A stretch of DNA of 64,000 nt from Octopus sinensis. Its lineage: Eukaryota. Made by a program: the position numbers and the translations under genes. Position 1 is the stretch's first letter; each line of letters begins with the position of its first letter. Shown one piece after another: positions 27,581-41,064 of this stretch. The notes beneath the pieces are model-generated. The model saw only the letters and a program-made list of their open reading frames with translations, ran no database searches and was not told the origin of the DNA. Location of the stretch: the NCBI RefSeq assembly GCF_006345805.1, contig NC_043004.1, positions 47,058,001 to 47,122,000 of the forward strand, read 5' to 3'.

Positions 27581-29178
27581 AGAGAGACAGAGTAAGAGAG
27601 AAAGAATGAGAAAGGGTTGAACATGTCTATATATGTATACGTACCGGTGAGTGTAACCGTGCAGATCAGAGTATATATTTGAATAGTAATGTATAGTGAT
27701 AATATGTTTATTTTTGCATTTGAATCTGGTATGAATACCTCTGTTCAGATTTTAATACGTTTTTTTATATTTCTTTTACCTTTCCTATCTGTAGAATTTC
27801 ATTTATCTTTGTCTTCGATTATTTTTCACCAATGAATTTTTCAATCCGATAGAATACCAACATCATTATTACTGTGACTCATGCTTTCTGGTTGGGCGTT
27901 GATTCGTTTGGGCGTGGTTAAGGTAACACCAGGTGCAATGTTGGGCAATTTTCCCACCAATGTTTAGTGGAAATTTCGAAATTATAGACATGCAGATTAA
28001 TAGCCAATCAATCCATTGACGAAATATTTCCATATAACTTAAAGAATTTGAAATGTAATAGAAAAAAATATTCTATGAAAGAAAACATGACAAATACATC
28101 AGCATTTGAAATCAAATAAAATGTTAGGTGCAGTTTGAATTTTTAAAAAATAAGTAATGAATAATATGCAAATTGGAAAGAAAATATTAGGAATGCGTTC
28201 GTTTTGATTTCAGCTCGCGTTTGATTTTTTTTTAATATTAACGTGTAAAAATATAAATTATGCAGAAGAAAATGAAATAAAACCAGCGTTGGAATTTCGA
28301 AACATAAATATTGATTTAACTCTGTAGTTACACGTAGAAATGCTTAAATTGGAATTGCGAAGCGAAGCTATAAACAGAGACAACCATACGATTTTAAATA
28401 TCGTTTATGTAAATATATATGTTCAATAATTATTGGGCAGTAAAACTTGTTGCAAGAACTTTATTCTATATTTTTTTTATATTTTAGTGTGATTTAACCT
28501 GCGAATATTCTACGTTTATATTATGAGTAATCAATTAGATTTTTTACCATAGAAATATATTTTCTTCATTTTATTGATATAAAGAATCAATATGTGAAAC
28601 TTGTATGTAAGGTAGCTTGAAAACAATTTCTGACGTTGTAAATGTTCTAAACCAAAGAGAAAAGGAAAATAAAATAACTCAAATTATTTCTAAGCATGGT
28701 ATGTGCGTAATATTATGACACTCACAAGAGAAATTTTAAGTTGTATTCTCAATTGAAACGTAATTCTATAAAGCATTTGGTAACTTTTCATATCTGGCCA
28801 GGTATGAATAGAATAAATTTTGCAAAACTCGTCATTAATCATATTAACGGTTCCTTATACTTCTAATATGGCAACTGGACAAAATCTATAATAATGCAAG
28901 AATATATCTAAAAGGCATTGAATTAAAGAATAGAGACATATATGTCATTATAACTTCTTCACTTGATTTGTATATGCGGTATTTAGTGCAATTAGAATAC
29001 AAGATGTTCTTCTGTGTCTACAGTAGTAGTATGGCAATGGCATAAATATTCAGCGTAAATATTTTAACGATATTCCAAACGTGTTTCAGAGATACTGCTT
29101 ATTGAGAGGTTCGTGTGCAATCTACTAAGGAAATGCATGGGATTCCTTATTGATATGCATACTTATACGTATATATAT

Positions 29179-29506
29179 GAGACGCCCTTCGGTCATGAAT
29201 GACCATGGGATTGCACCTAGAAAGTTACCCTACGATGCACATCTCCGGACATGGTTGCTTATAGAGTGCTAGCAGTCGCTCATGCATATCATCCTCCCCT
29301 TTCCCCACTAATGATGTTATCCAAGGGAAAGCAAAGGCCGATACAGCTTGGCACCAGTGATGTCGCAACTCATTTCTACAGTTAATTGGAGAAACGTGAA
29401 ATAAAGTGTATTTCCTAGAACACAAAATACAGCCCGGTCAGGGAATCGAACTCACACCTCACGATCGTAAGCTCAAGGTTCTATCCACTGAACTATGCGG
29501 CTTCAC
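29179..29506 (-). mobile_element. tRNA-derived SINE (family 3)
   Basis: Minus-strand head gtgaagccgcatagttcagtggatag (A box) and gagttcgattcc (B box); tail ..ctaggtgcaatcccatggtcattcatgaccgaaggg. Confidence 0.85.
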
Positions 29507-29689
29507 GCGTATATATAACCCCACCCCCACATATATATATATATATATCATAATTAAGGTTATCTAAGAGATATATCCATGGTAGATATAGCAGCCAAAA
29601 CTTGACTCTAAAACCCCACCCACATTAAATGTTCGAATATTTAATGTGGTTATGCTGGGTGGATGTGCTCATCTCCCCCTTTTAAAACA

Positions 29690-32600
29690 TAAGGATACAG
29701 TAAATATGTTATGGCCAACAATGCTGTGGTGGAAAGATTAAAACCCTGCAATACTACAGCCTCCACAGCTTTTGAAGAAACTGTGACTAAGATTCTAAGC
29801 ACTTCCAAAACAATATTTGACAATACAATGCTGCATTACAGATGACATCATTTGGAGCCACAAGAGAACTAACTTGGCAAGGATTCAAGCAAACTTTTCA
29901 CATGCAAATGTAGATATATGATCGTATTGACTCTTTGCTATTTCTGTCAAATAAGTCACCAAAATTCCTTCAAATATACTTTATGGTTGATTCTGAACGG
30001 GAAGGACATGAGAGGTACAAGAACATTACTGGCATCTGGATCAACGTTGTTGTGTCTCAGTAAAAGATGCTGCACAGCAGCTCGATCAGAAACTTCGCGG
30101 CTGTACTTGAAACAATTCCACCTGATTCTAGGACATAAACGTTAGTTATCAGGTCAGAGATGAAACCAGCTGGTCAACATGGATGGAGATTGAATGCGCA
30201 AACTGCAAATGAAATAGCTGTGCGTCTGGGTGGGAAAGAATATGACCGGTGTAACATTGTCCTCCATCTCAGAGATGGGAGACCGATGAGGATTTCAAAA
30301 CGACACACGCTGTTCTGTTAGGTACTAGATGGTTATCACATTAATATTGCTGAGATAAAATCATCAAAGAGAGTCTCATCCAGTGACTTCTATGCATTCC
30401 ACATCATGGTACAGAATGACGATTCCAACTACATCCCACTTCGTAGGGATTTATTCAGTCAGTTCCAGTGTTGACATGTATACAAAAATTGAAAGCGAAC
30501 ACCTGCTCTAATTCAGACTAAACCACATGAAACTAAGACTGGAGTCATATGCAAACCAGCAAGATGCAGTGTTGAATGATCATGATGCCAACATAGAACA
30601 GCTCATCATCCTTCCATCATCATTCACAGGAATACCAAAAGACAAGTATGAACACAAACAACATACAATGTCATATGTTATACATTATGGAAGAACAGAC
30701 ATCTTCATAACCTTCTCTTGCAATCCTAACTGGAAAGAGATAAAAATGAACTGTTCCCAAACCAAGAGCCAAAATATAGGTATGACGTAATTTTAAGGGT
30801 CTTCAGACAGACATTTATCAAGCCCATGCGGTTACTGATAGCGTTCCGTGCTATGTATAATATAGAATATTAGATAAATAGTCACCCTCATGTACACACC
30901 CTATTATGGAATATAGAAAAAATACATGCCAGCACGATAGTCACATTCATGAGAGAAGGACATCATGATGCTCAGGAAGATCCAGAACTCTCCATTGTGG
31001 TCAAGACCCAAATGGTTCATAGTCCATTTGGGAACATCAACCTACATGTTCCATATATGCAGGATAGAAAGTGTACAAAAATCATCTTTCCGAAGAAATC
31101 CCTTCAAGACACCAAGTCTGGACATGATGTGTACCCATTCTAGAGACGAAGAAAGACAGGTGATGGTGGATTGAAACTACCAACAAGAAGTCAGCACACT
31201 GAAATTCCAGTTGACAACAGGCGGATAGTCCAATGCTCTCCAATTCTATCGTAGATATTCAAGGCACACATAAATGTTGACTTCTGTAAATCAGTGAGAT
31301 CCATTAAGTATGTGTACAAATATGTCAACAAGGGATTTGATATGGTAGCTTTTGCAGTCCAATGATGAGATCAAGACTTTCCAAATGGGGAGGTAAATCA
31401 GAAATAGGGAAGCATGTTAGAGTATTCTTCTCAAATACCTTATTCATGAGAGGTATCCCCTTATAATTAACTCGGTGTGTGGAGATAGAGTTTACTTCAC
31501 CCCCAGACGCAGTGCAACAATAAATGGAAGCCCCACACAATACCATACATGCTTCATTCTTCAGGCTCTGTGAGGATAATGAATCTGCTGCAACAATGCT
31601 ATACAAAGTAGTTCTACAATACTACACCTGGAACAAAAAGGAATGCAATCCACGTGGAATCGGAGCACTCACAGAATAACCTGGAATCAAGAAATCACAC
31701 ACAAGTGGCAGAGTTTGTCCATCCCGACTACCTAGAGTGTGACTATCCAAGCCTTATGTTACGCCAAATAAAAGGAACCGCATCATTTACTACATTACAT
31801 GCGGTTGGCAGCACAGTATGTCTATCATATCACCAAGCTTGTCATCTCAGAGGTCTTCTGGAAGCTGATGCATACTTGGAAGCAATTCTGACTGAGGCAC
31901 ACACGTGCAAGCTTCCTATGCAGCTGAGAAGTCGCTTCTTTGTAATGCTGATGGACTGTGGCTTATCAAATCCGAAGCAACTCTCATACAAATACATGGA
32001 GGAGCTTTGGGGAGGCATTCTTCAAAGAATTCAATATCAGTATGAGGGTGATAGTATATTCAATGATGACATCTTCAGTGAAGCATTAAGATTAATAGAT
32101 GACAAGGTTCGATTACAGGGTTGAAACAAACTTGAAATCTATGGGTTTCCAACTCCTGTTAGATATGTTCAATACCGGGTGGCACAAAAACTACTTAGGT
32201 ACACGTCACACAAGATTAAAGGTTTGCAGGTAGTTGCCACTGAAAACGAACCATGCCTGGTACAGAATCAAAAGGAGGGATACCTGCAAGTTCTGACATC
32301 TGTGGAGAATGATAATGGTGGAACCTTCTTCTTAGATGCTCCCGGAGGCACAGGAATGACATTATTGATGAACCTGCTCCTTGCGAAGGTGAGAGAGAAC
32401 ATGATTTATCTGGTTGTTGCATCTTCTGGAATTACATCCACACTCCTAACAGGTGGATGAACAGACGATTCAACATTCCAGCTGCCTCTGAACCTGATCC
32501 AAAATGAATCTCCATTATACAACGTATCAATTAAAGAGCATTAGCAAATCTCCTTACACAGGCCAAATTCATTGTCTGGGATGAGGCATCAATGTCCCAC

Positions 32601-33060
32601 AGAAGTCTTCAGAAACAAAACTATCATGGGTGGTGTCATTCTCCTCGTGGTTGGTGACTTCAGGCAAATTCTGCCTCTTATTCCCTGAGGAACAACGGCA
32701 GATGTGCTGAGAGCTTGCTTCAAGTCCTCATATATCTAGCAACATATCAAACAGCTTACACTAACAAATAACAGAAGGGTTCCCATTCGTGGTGAACCAT
32801 TCGTTGCAGAGTTCTCAAAGAAGTTATTTCACATTGGAAACAGAAAACTCCCACAGGATTCAGCAAATAGTTCGCACCACCTCCCATGTAGCAATATGAC
32901 TGCCACTCTTGAAGAAATGAAAAGTAAGGTATTTGCAAACATTGCCACAAACTACAAAAGTTACAAGTGACTATGGGAAAGAATAATTCTGACAAGCTGA
33001 ACGTAGATTTGTTGCCTCAACTTTCAGAAACTGAAGATTCATTCACATCAATTAATTCTG
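29690..33060 (+). mobile_element. Decayed autonomous Helitron (Rep/PIF1 helicase pseudogene)
   Basis: Ordered motifs across broken frames: QYNAALQMTSFGA; NAQTANEIAV; LPSSFTG..YGRTDIFITFSCNP; QMVHSPFG; VDNRRIV..AHINVDFCKSVRSIKYVYKYVNKG; ACHLRGLLEAD; FFLDAPGGTGMT; VASSGITSTLLTGG; IVWDEASM; GGVILLVVGDFRQILP. Ends are approximate. Confidence 0.93.
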
Positions 33061-34684
33061 TCTATTGATGTGTATGAATGTTCGTGTTCATTTTATATAA
33101 ACAAACTTTCTATACGCTTTGAGTGCGAAAGATTTTTTTTATACGCCGCCGAGTTTCCAATCCTGTAAATAATAATAACGGTACTTATATAAGCTTAAAG
33201 TTTATGGTTATCACCGTGCAATGACTAAAGAAAATAGTCTAATAAGTGTATCAGAGCTATTTACTATTTCGATAAACATGTTCAGACAATTCTGCAAAAA
33301 ATACTAATCATGTTTCTAACAACGATATAAATAGTTTTAGAATATTAATGGTGAATAATTCGGGTTTATTTTCTATATATACTAGAGAACATATATGTTG
33401 ATTAAACATAGTACAATAAACATAATCAGTGTATTTTAATAATAATCAGTTTATTTTATCGCGAGTGTTTGAATGAGAGAATAAACGATTCAGATGAAAT
33501 GTGATTTTCTAACTCAAATTTTCTAAATAAAATTTCTTCAAATTTTAATTGTTCGGTTTTTTCACTGTAAATATATCCAATAACACTTAAATTTGGAAAA
33601 AGTGAAACATGAGAATGCATTAACAGTGCATTAATTATACATAGAAAATTAAGAAACTTAACTTCTGATAGCAATATTGTACTAAATTGTATTATTATTT
33701 TAAATTCTTGCTCATCATTATACGGCTGTAAATTCTACAACGCTGTTTCGAATAAATTAATATATTTATATACTTTAAAATATATTTTTCGAATATATAA
33801 GCGCCGATAATTTTTTTTCCTGCGTATTAGTTACCGATCAAAAGAAAAATAATGACAAATGCTCGCAGTCTAAATCTGAATGCACTAAATTGTTAGTCCG
33901 TTCTTCTGTCGTATTTGTCAATCTGTTGAGTATTCTATTTCCATTTCTGTCCACATATAAATGTATTTCGCAAAGATGTTAACAACATAGGTTAAATATA
34001 ATTTAAACAGTTCTGAACTCTTTAGCTAGCGTGAACTTGCATATTTCTGTAGCGCGCGTACACACGGGCTGCGCTAACATTAACAGAATGCGAATTACAA
34101 ATCAATTCCGTTTCCTCCCATTAAAATAATACACTTTCAAATAATACAATTTCATCCACTGTTTGAGTGTCAAGATAGGTACACTAGAGCTGTATATCGA
34201 CTAACAAATGTAGAGGGAAATTACATGAAACAATTGTCACACTCTTCAGGTGATCGGCGTAATTTAAGCATTCATATCTGCAATAGAGTTATTGCAATCA
34301 ATCAAGTGAATATACAATCGATGAGTGACACATCAGTTGAAATACGAAATTCTATGAACTATATTTATATATGAATTTCTCAAATAAAGCGCAAAACATT
34401 CTCTTTGAATTCACACAAGGAATGGATGTGTCTATTTATCAATGTCACTTTAATACAAGCGATGGAATTACTGCCAGGCCAAAATGCCATTTTTCTTATG
34501 GCAATAATTTCATTAAAATCTCGTGTAAACTCTTTCCTTCTACCATTTATGAAGCAGTTACTTTACTATTGAGAAGACAGGCACATTGAGCTTCTATGTT
34601 TTGCATGTCCATAAAGGTTATCTACTCAACATATGCCATAGAATTTGCATTTATTTCTCGTTTAGATGTTCTAATCTGTATTGT

Positions 34685-34860
34685 GTGCAGCATGGTCGAT
34701 TGCGTAAGATTTTCTTTTCGTAACCAAGTGCTTACAAGTCCGACCCTACTGCATTCTGGGTAGAATGCTATTTATTTTTACAGCCTCCGCTCAACCCGTA
34801 ACTTGTTAAGTAACTTGGGTTGAGGGAAACTATAAAGAAGCCTGTGTGGTTGTTTCCACT
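34685..34860 (+). mobile_element. Highly diverged SINE head
   Basis: Residual similarity to the family-2 head (..cagcctccgctcaacccgtaacttgt..gggttgagggaaactataaagaagcctgt). Confidence 0.35.
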
Positions 34861-35387
34861 TGTGATTCGAAAGGGTACAGCTTTGAAAAAGTGTGTCATG
34901 CTCATTCTTGATGAGTATTAAATTAAGAGTATCTGCGTTTATGGAATAGTCAATTCAAGAATGGGGAAATCACTTGTTTGAACAGCTGGATTCTCATTGA
35001 CCCACTGGTTTCCATTGAATATAGTATGATAACTCTTGTCGATAATATGCCCGAAGTAATTAAGGAAATCTCAATAATGTTGCAATTATAAATCCGAGTA
35101 AATTTAACACTGCTAGTGCTTTCAAATTTGCCTACGTTCTCGATTCCGCTAAGTAAAAGTAATCTAGAATACTACAAACAATATGTATAATTTAATGTAA
35201 CAAGCACAAAACAGATGTCTGAAAACCTAGTGTTGTAAATGTATAACTAACCTACTAATTGTAATCTATGTTAGGTATGAATTGTTCTTCATGTTGGTAC
35301 GTTTACTGTTTTCCCTTATTCGCCGCTTTATTTTTCTTCTTATTTGGTGAATATGGAAGAAGAGGGAATGCATCGCATCTAGTGAGC

Positions 35388-35680
35388 TCAATGAAACGGA
35401 GAAATTGAGTATGTTGATGTTCTTTTACAACTGTTGCAGGTTAAGATAAAGGGGAAAGATATGGGCAGAGAGAAGGTTGGTGGTAGGGAGAAAGTTCCGA
35501 GAACAGTGACCATTGTGAGATCGAAGGCGGTGGATAAAAACATAGGTGGATACAAAAGGGAAGAGTTGCGTAGGGGATGAATGAGTGGATTCCCGGTGTT
35601 CCACAGAATAGGGAGCATTGGTGTAGGGACAGAAAATAGGAAAAAAAAATAGAGACGATACGAGTGGCTGTAGGTCAGGA
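35388..35680 (-). mobile_element. Possible CR1/L2-type LINE 3' fragment
   Basis: Pyrimidine-rich minus strand with ggaactttctccctaccacc and NLQQL*KNINIL, resembling the 'WNSLP..NLQ.FK..IN' ORF2 end. Weak. Confidence 0.35.
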
Positions 35681-35921
35681 ATTCGAGCATGCTAGTTAGT
35701 GATGCAATTCCAATTAATGCATCATTTCTGGAGGTAAAGCACAGATGTAAACTTGTGTATCAGTATCAACACACATATGCGGATAGATATCTACATTCTA
35801 TGCATTGTATATGGCTGCTGGGAAATGTCAGTAAATTCTATAAGAGTATCAGAATCAGATTAAGTAAAACAATTTATATTTAGTATATCAACATATATAT
35901 ATATATATATATATAATATAT

Positions 35922-35969
<48 letters not shown>

Positions 35970-36109
35970 TACGGAGAATGAACATACTACCATCATGTTC
36001 TTAATGATGAAATTAACCTCTCTGTCTATATATCTACCCTCTTTGTAATGTTGGCAAATGAAACAAGAATAACAATGTGCATTGTCCGTTTAATTGAAAA
36101 ATTCTACAT

Positions 36110-36195
36110 GTGGCTGAAGATTGCTCGACATTTAAAAACTGACGTAATACTTACAGGGTTTAATAAAATGAAGTAGCATGAAACAATTGTACTAC
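36110..36195 (+). ncRNA. Decayed long-loop hammerhead motif
   Basis: gtgg-CTGAAGA-ttgct..agcat-GAA-ACAATTGT-A-ctac: intact core and palindromic stem III. Stem II has a U-U closing mismatch and AATAAA in its loop. Confidence 0.5.
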
Positions 36196-36228
36196 TCTAT
36201 CTTGGATATCCTTGTTGCTTATTTTGAT

Positions 36229-36326
<98 letters not shown>

Positions 36327-36334
36327 ATATATAT

Positions 36335-36564
36335 ATTGTTATATTTCGGAATGGTCATTTTGCCAGTTTAGCCAATAAAAACACACGCGCTATATATTTG
36401 GTGTTATTTTGCTTCAGTGTTATGCATTTTTTACATTCATCTTAATCTTAAGATTAAGATTAATGTAAAAAATAAATAACACTGAAGCAAAATAACACCA
36501 AATATATAGTCCGTGTGTTTTTATTGGCTAAACTGGCAAAATGACCATTCCGAAATATGACAAT
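36335..36564. repeat. 230-bp spacer-less palindrome
   Basis: 36335-36449 vs 36450-36564: 6 mismatches in 115 bp, centre aatctt|aagatt. Confidence 0.95.
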
Positions 36565-36619
36565 ATCTGTTTCAACACACGACTTCACATAAAAAATCTT
36601 GCACAACAAATATTTAAAC

Positions 36620-36691
<72 letters not shown>

Positions 36692-37255
36692 TATCAGTGG
36701 TTTCGCATAGTATGATTCTTCATGATTTACCTAATTCATTCACTTGTCTTTCTAATTCCATATTTCTGTAACAATAGTAATAATTAATATAGTTTCTTAT
36801 GCAGTATAGTTATTGAAATTACGAATTCGTCGTTCAAGACATGATTAGCAATTAACTGTAATCTTTAACAAAAGCTACATTGCAGATATCCTTAATAACG
36901 TAGTCAGTTATTTTTATATTTTATTAATTGTACGTTTCGTCTTACATTACATTAGAAGACTAAAGCTAAAGGGTAACTGTTAATGATTATCAAAGAGAAA
37001 GCGGGGATGATCACTGAAAAGCCAGTGATTAATCTTTGATATATAATATATATTTTAGCGAAAGCATAATCTGACCTTTGTCTGAAAGAAAGAGACAACT
37101 ATTCGTATCATTTCCTATCCGTTTCTAATTCGTTACGGCATGGTTTCTTCAGTAAATGAGAACTGTTCAATTTAGTATACGTTAATTTCTCTCTTATACG
37201 TCAGACGTTTGTTTCTGAAAATACATTCTATCATGCACTTTAAAGCACTGTAAAA

Positions 37256-37314
<59 letters not shown>

Positions 37315-37369
37315 TGAAACCGGTCAAGTGAATAAACATCTTTTAGAATTGCATTTTCAAATTTTCTTT

Positions 37370-37409
<40 letters not shown>

Positions 37410-37460
37410 TATATATATATATATATATACGCGAGAAAGAAGCAACAAGAATGGATAGGT

Positions 37461-37551
37461 TTTTAGTACGATCGTTTCATACAAGGACAGGTTTTATTAA
37501 AAGTTGCAAAGATTACAGCATATAAACGAGTCCCGTACTCATCAGCTAAAA
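37461..37551 (-). ncRNA. Type I hammerhead ribozyme (left arm)
   Basis: Mirror copy of 38101-38191. Confidence 0.85.
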
Positions 37552-38100
37552 TACATGTAAGTTCTCTAGACATCCTAGTGTTTGAGGCTATACTCATGAA
37601 GTAATGTAGATAATTAAATAGCTACAGCCTCTTGTGAATAGCAGTAATGTGATTAATATGGCAAACACCTAATCATATAACAAGGATTGATACCTACCTC
37701 ATTGTGTTCAACCATTGTAAAATTTATCGCCTGTGAATATGAAATTCATCTCCATTTCTCTGGAAATTTACATCTACACCATTGGAATCTGTGCATATAT
37801 ACAAAGGATTAATTCACCCTCTCTGTAATGCTAATAAGCAGGAATTGAGACCCACCTCGTTGTAATTAACAATGGATAAACTTGTCTTCTGTGAGTATAT
37901 AATCCCTCATCATATCTATGGAAATTCATATGGATTAGGTCACCTTCTCTGTGATGCTATCAAAACTTTTTTAAAATTCTGTGATAAGACTGTACATCAT
38001 CTTTAAAGAACTTTAATGAACTTTAGAAATCTGTTTAATTATCTACATTACTTCATGAGTATAGCCTCAAACACTAGGATGTCTAGAGAACTTACATGTA

Positions 38101-38191
38101 TTTTAGCTGATGAGTACGGGACTCGTTTATATGCTGTAATCTTTGCAACTTTTAATAAAACCTGTCCTTGTATGAAACGATCGTACTAAAA
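38101..38191 (+). ncRNA. Type I hammerhead ribozyme (right arm)
   Basis: Stem I ttttag/ctaaaa; core CTGATGA (38107-38113); stem II gtac-gggac/gtcct-t-gtat; GAAA (38174-38177); palindromic stem III ACGATCGT; GUA triplet 38183-38185, predicting cleavage after 38185. Confidence 0.85.
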
Positions 38192-38339
38192 ACCTATCCA
38201 TTCTTGTTGCTTCTTTCTCGCTTATAATCACCCCACATTACTGTATTGTTAAATCAGTATAGTTTTTTTTTGGTGCATCTAAGTTAGGTACCATATTCAA
38301 GTAAATTTTTTAAAATTAACTTGAATCTTTATTGCTCTT

Positions 38340-38386
<47 letters not shown>

Positions 38387-39559
38387 TAATATTATATTAT
38401 ATTATATCATATTATATTATATTTGTAAATTTAAATTATAATTGTACCAGCGAATTTTACAACATTACTGCGTCAAATAACATTTATGACAAAAGATAAC
38501 AACTACTATTCTCGAACATGCCCAGCCGTCATATATAATTGTGATATATAAAGAATCCGTAAAATTTCTGAAGTATTTTCAAATACACCATCTACATTAT
38601 GTATAACAAATGATATTCAGGCAAATATTTTATAGCAACAACAGTCTATTAACTTATTTCCCAGATAAAGAATATACCTTTACTGAGAAATCTACTTTGT
38701 AAATTGTACTTCTCCAACGCACTTGACTGAAATAATCCTAATATATATTTTCTAGGTGCAATTCATATCATTGAAGGAATGATAGCAACAGTTGACCTTT
38801 CAATTGATAGACAGCCAACGCCCAATCTAATATATGTTATATTAAATATGTCTGTCCTTAGACATGTATCCTATATAAACATGGGAAATTAAAGATAGCG
38901 TGCAGAGAAGGAAATTATAGAAAAGAAATAACTGTATCGCAATAAAGTTTCAAAGCTGACCTTGTAGTGGCCACTTTCCCGCTGAAAAGATGTTTCCACA
39001 AAATGTTTTGAATGGAGTCGTTTCAAACTTAACGCGATACAGCATATTCTATGGAAGGCAAGTCAAGATAGAGAAAATGTGTAGTAAAAGATAAATAGGA
39101 GAAGAATTTCAGAAATGATTAGTGTGATAATGCAATGTTGAACTGAAAGAATTTGAGTTATTAATATGGCGGGAAATATATAAACGAAAGAAAGGGACAG
39201 GGAGACGGAGAAAGGAAAATAGAGTTATGGTGGTTTGAAGATGTGTGAAGTGCTGCATCTTTTCATATGTCAATCATTGAATAACGGTTATTAGATACTA
39301 GAACGGGAAATTAATAACTCCACATTTCATTTTAGCCATCAACGCGCTGTCAGTGATGGCTATTATACGGAATCAAGTTCGATTCCATTAATAAGACACA
39401 AACCTCGACCTCGGCAACCCTAAAGTGTTCAGAATTTGATAAACATTTATTTACTGATTACCTGCTATCAGTTGATAGGAAATTTCAGTTAAATCCACTC
39501 ACAAAAATCACTACTACTGCTACTACTACTACCGCAAGCGATAACAGTTTTAATATTTT

Positions 39560-39599
39560 TATTGTTGTTGTTGTTTTGTTGATTTTGTTAAAGGTGATG

Positions 39600-39659
<60 letters not shown>

Positions 39660-39965
39660 GGAAGAAGAAGAAGAAGAAGAAGAAGAGGAGGAGGAGCTGG
39701 AGGAGCAGGGAGAGACGAAGGGATATGAAGGAGAAGAAGAACAACAACAAAAGCAAGAGCAGCAGCAACAACAAAAACAAAAACAACGACGACAACGACA
39801 ATGACAATGTTGATGATGAAGATGACAATGATGATTATGATGATGATGAAGATGATGGTGTTGTTGTTGCTGTTGTTGTTGTTGTGGTGGTGGTGATGAT
39901 GGTAGAATTGCAGCTTCTAGTAGCGCTGGGGGGTGTTGGTGGTGCTGCTGGGGTGATGATGATAA
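39560..39965. repeat. Mosaic of trinucleotide repeats (TTG, GAT, AAT, GAA, GAG, CAA, GAC, GTT, GGT)
   Basis: Directly visible. Confidence 0.9.
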
Positions 39966-40963
39966 TTCCATTCTTTCTATATTCCTGGATAATTTCTAAT
40001 CAATTCCGCTCAAATTAAGCATTCATTAATTTATTAATCATCTCGAAAGGAAATCAGTAATAGGTTTGATTTATGAATCAGTAGAAGGACTTTTAATGCA
40101 TTACTTGCATTAGTGTTAATGAATCTCCGAAACTGTTCCCCCTTTATATTGAAATCTTCAGAAAGAATAGGAAAAAATAATGTTAATAATTTAACTCGAG
40201 ATCTCATCAAGAAGCTCAACATATCATTAAGCAATTAATGGATGTGCGAATAAATAGCTGTAAGGCTTAAGAACGATATGGATCGGCAATATCTTGGAAG
40301 TATCAAAAAGTTAACATATGCTTTAAAATAGAGTGCTTTTACATGTATGTACGAATATACTGTTATCAGGATCATCATGTTTCAATAGATTGCATTCGAT
40401 AATCCCTGTTACATAAAACCACTACACAGTAGCATTAGACAACATTTAAGCATTAGTGAGATCCAAAGATAAGCTATAGGGACATTCAGTTTGTATAATT
40501 AGTCACATTTAAGATTTTATGCTAAGTTTTTATTAAGCATGCAATGCTTACATTGATCCAAATGCTGCATTATTCATATATTGAATACAAATGACCTCTA
40601 TCAAGTTTAGTTAATTTTAAAGCAGATTTACTGAACGGATTCTGAAATGTTTTATAAAGTGATTCCCCAATAATGGTGTTTCAACAACATAATTCTGGAG
40701 AAACATTTTTTACAAAATTGTAATCAGGCAATGGTTTCTATTTCAGTATTGAATATTAGTTAACTCTGACCTATTGACGTTAGTCATGCAATCAGTAAGG
40801 TTTACCTCAGGCCCCGTGTTATAAAAAATGCATGTAGATATCTATTCATTAGATGAGGAACATTGTTTCGCATCGTCTTTCACATATACAATATAAATAC
40901 ATACATACACAAGCACACATAGATATATATACACATACACATATGTATATGTATATACATATA

Positions 40964-41046
<83 letters not shown>

Positions 41047-41064
41047 AATATATATTCTTGTATT

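Larger units (their letters stand above)
37431..38221. mobile_element. Element with identical 188-bp inverted arms, each containing a hammerhead; probably a Penelope-like inverted pLTR structure
   Basis: 37431-37618 is the exact reverse complement of 38034-38221 by manual comparison. The 415-bp spacer contains a degenerate ~157-bp tandem repeat (units start ~37682 and ~37840). The left flank is (TA)n. Confidence 0.9.

Noticed and set aside
34040-34080. Hairpin tagcgc..gcgcta as the 3' end of the large Helitron
   Set aside because: No CTRR terminus at the expected distance; too degenerate to call.
34420-34589. Plus-strand exon candidate (GMDVSIYQCHF..KISCKLFP..)
   Set aside because: Plausible acceptor but no good GT donor before the stop; expected by chance in this much AT-rich DNA.
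38755-38870. Plus-strand Ig-like exon candidate (GAIHIIEGMIATVDLSIDRQPTP..)
   Set aside because: Lacks the conserved Ig Cys and Trp, has a weak donor, and has no phase-matched partner.
39559-40018. Poly-N/D/V, poly-Q/H and poly-S ORFs as low-complexity proteins
   Set aside because: All frames are products of a trinucleotide mosaic with no non-repetitive coding context or splice support.
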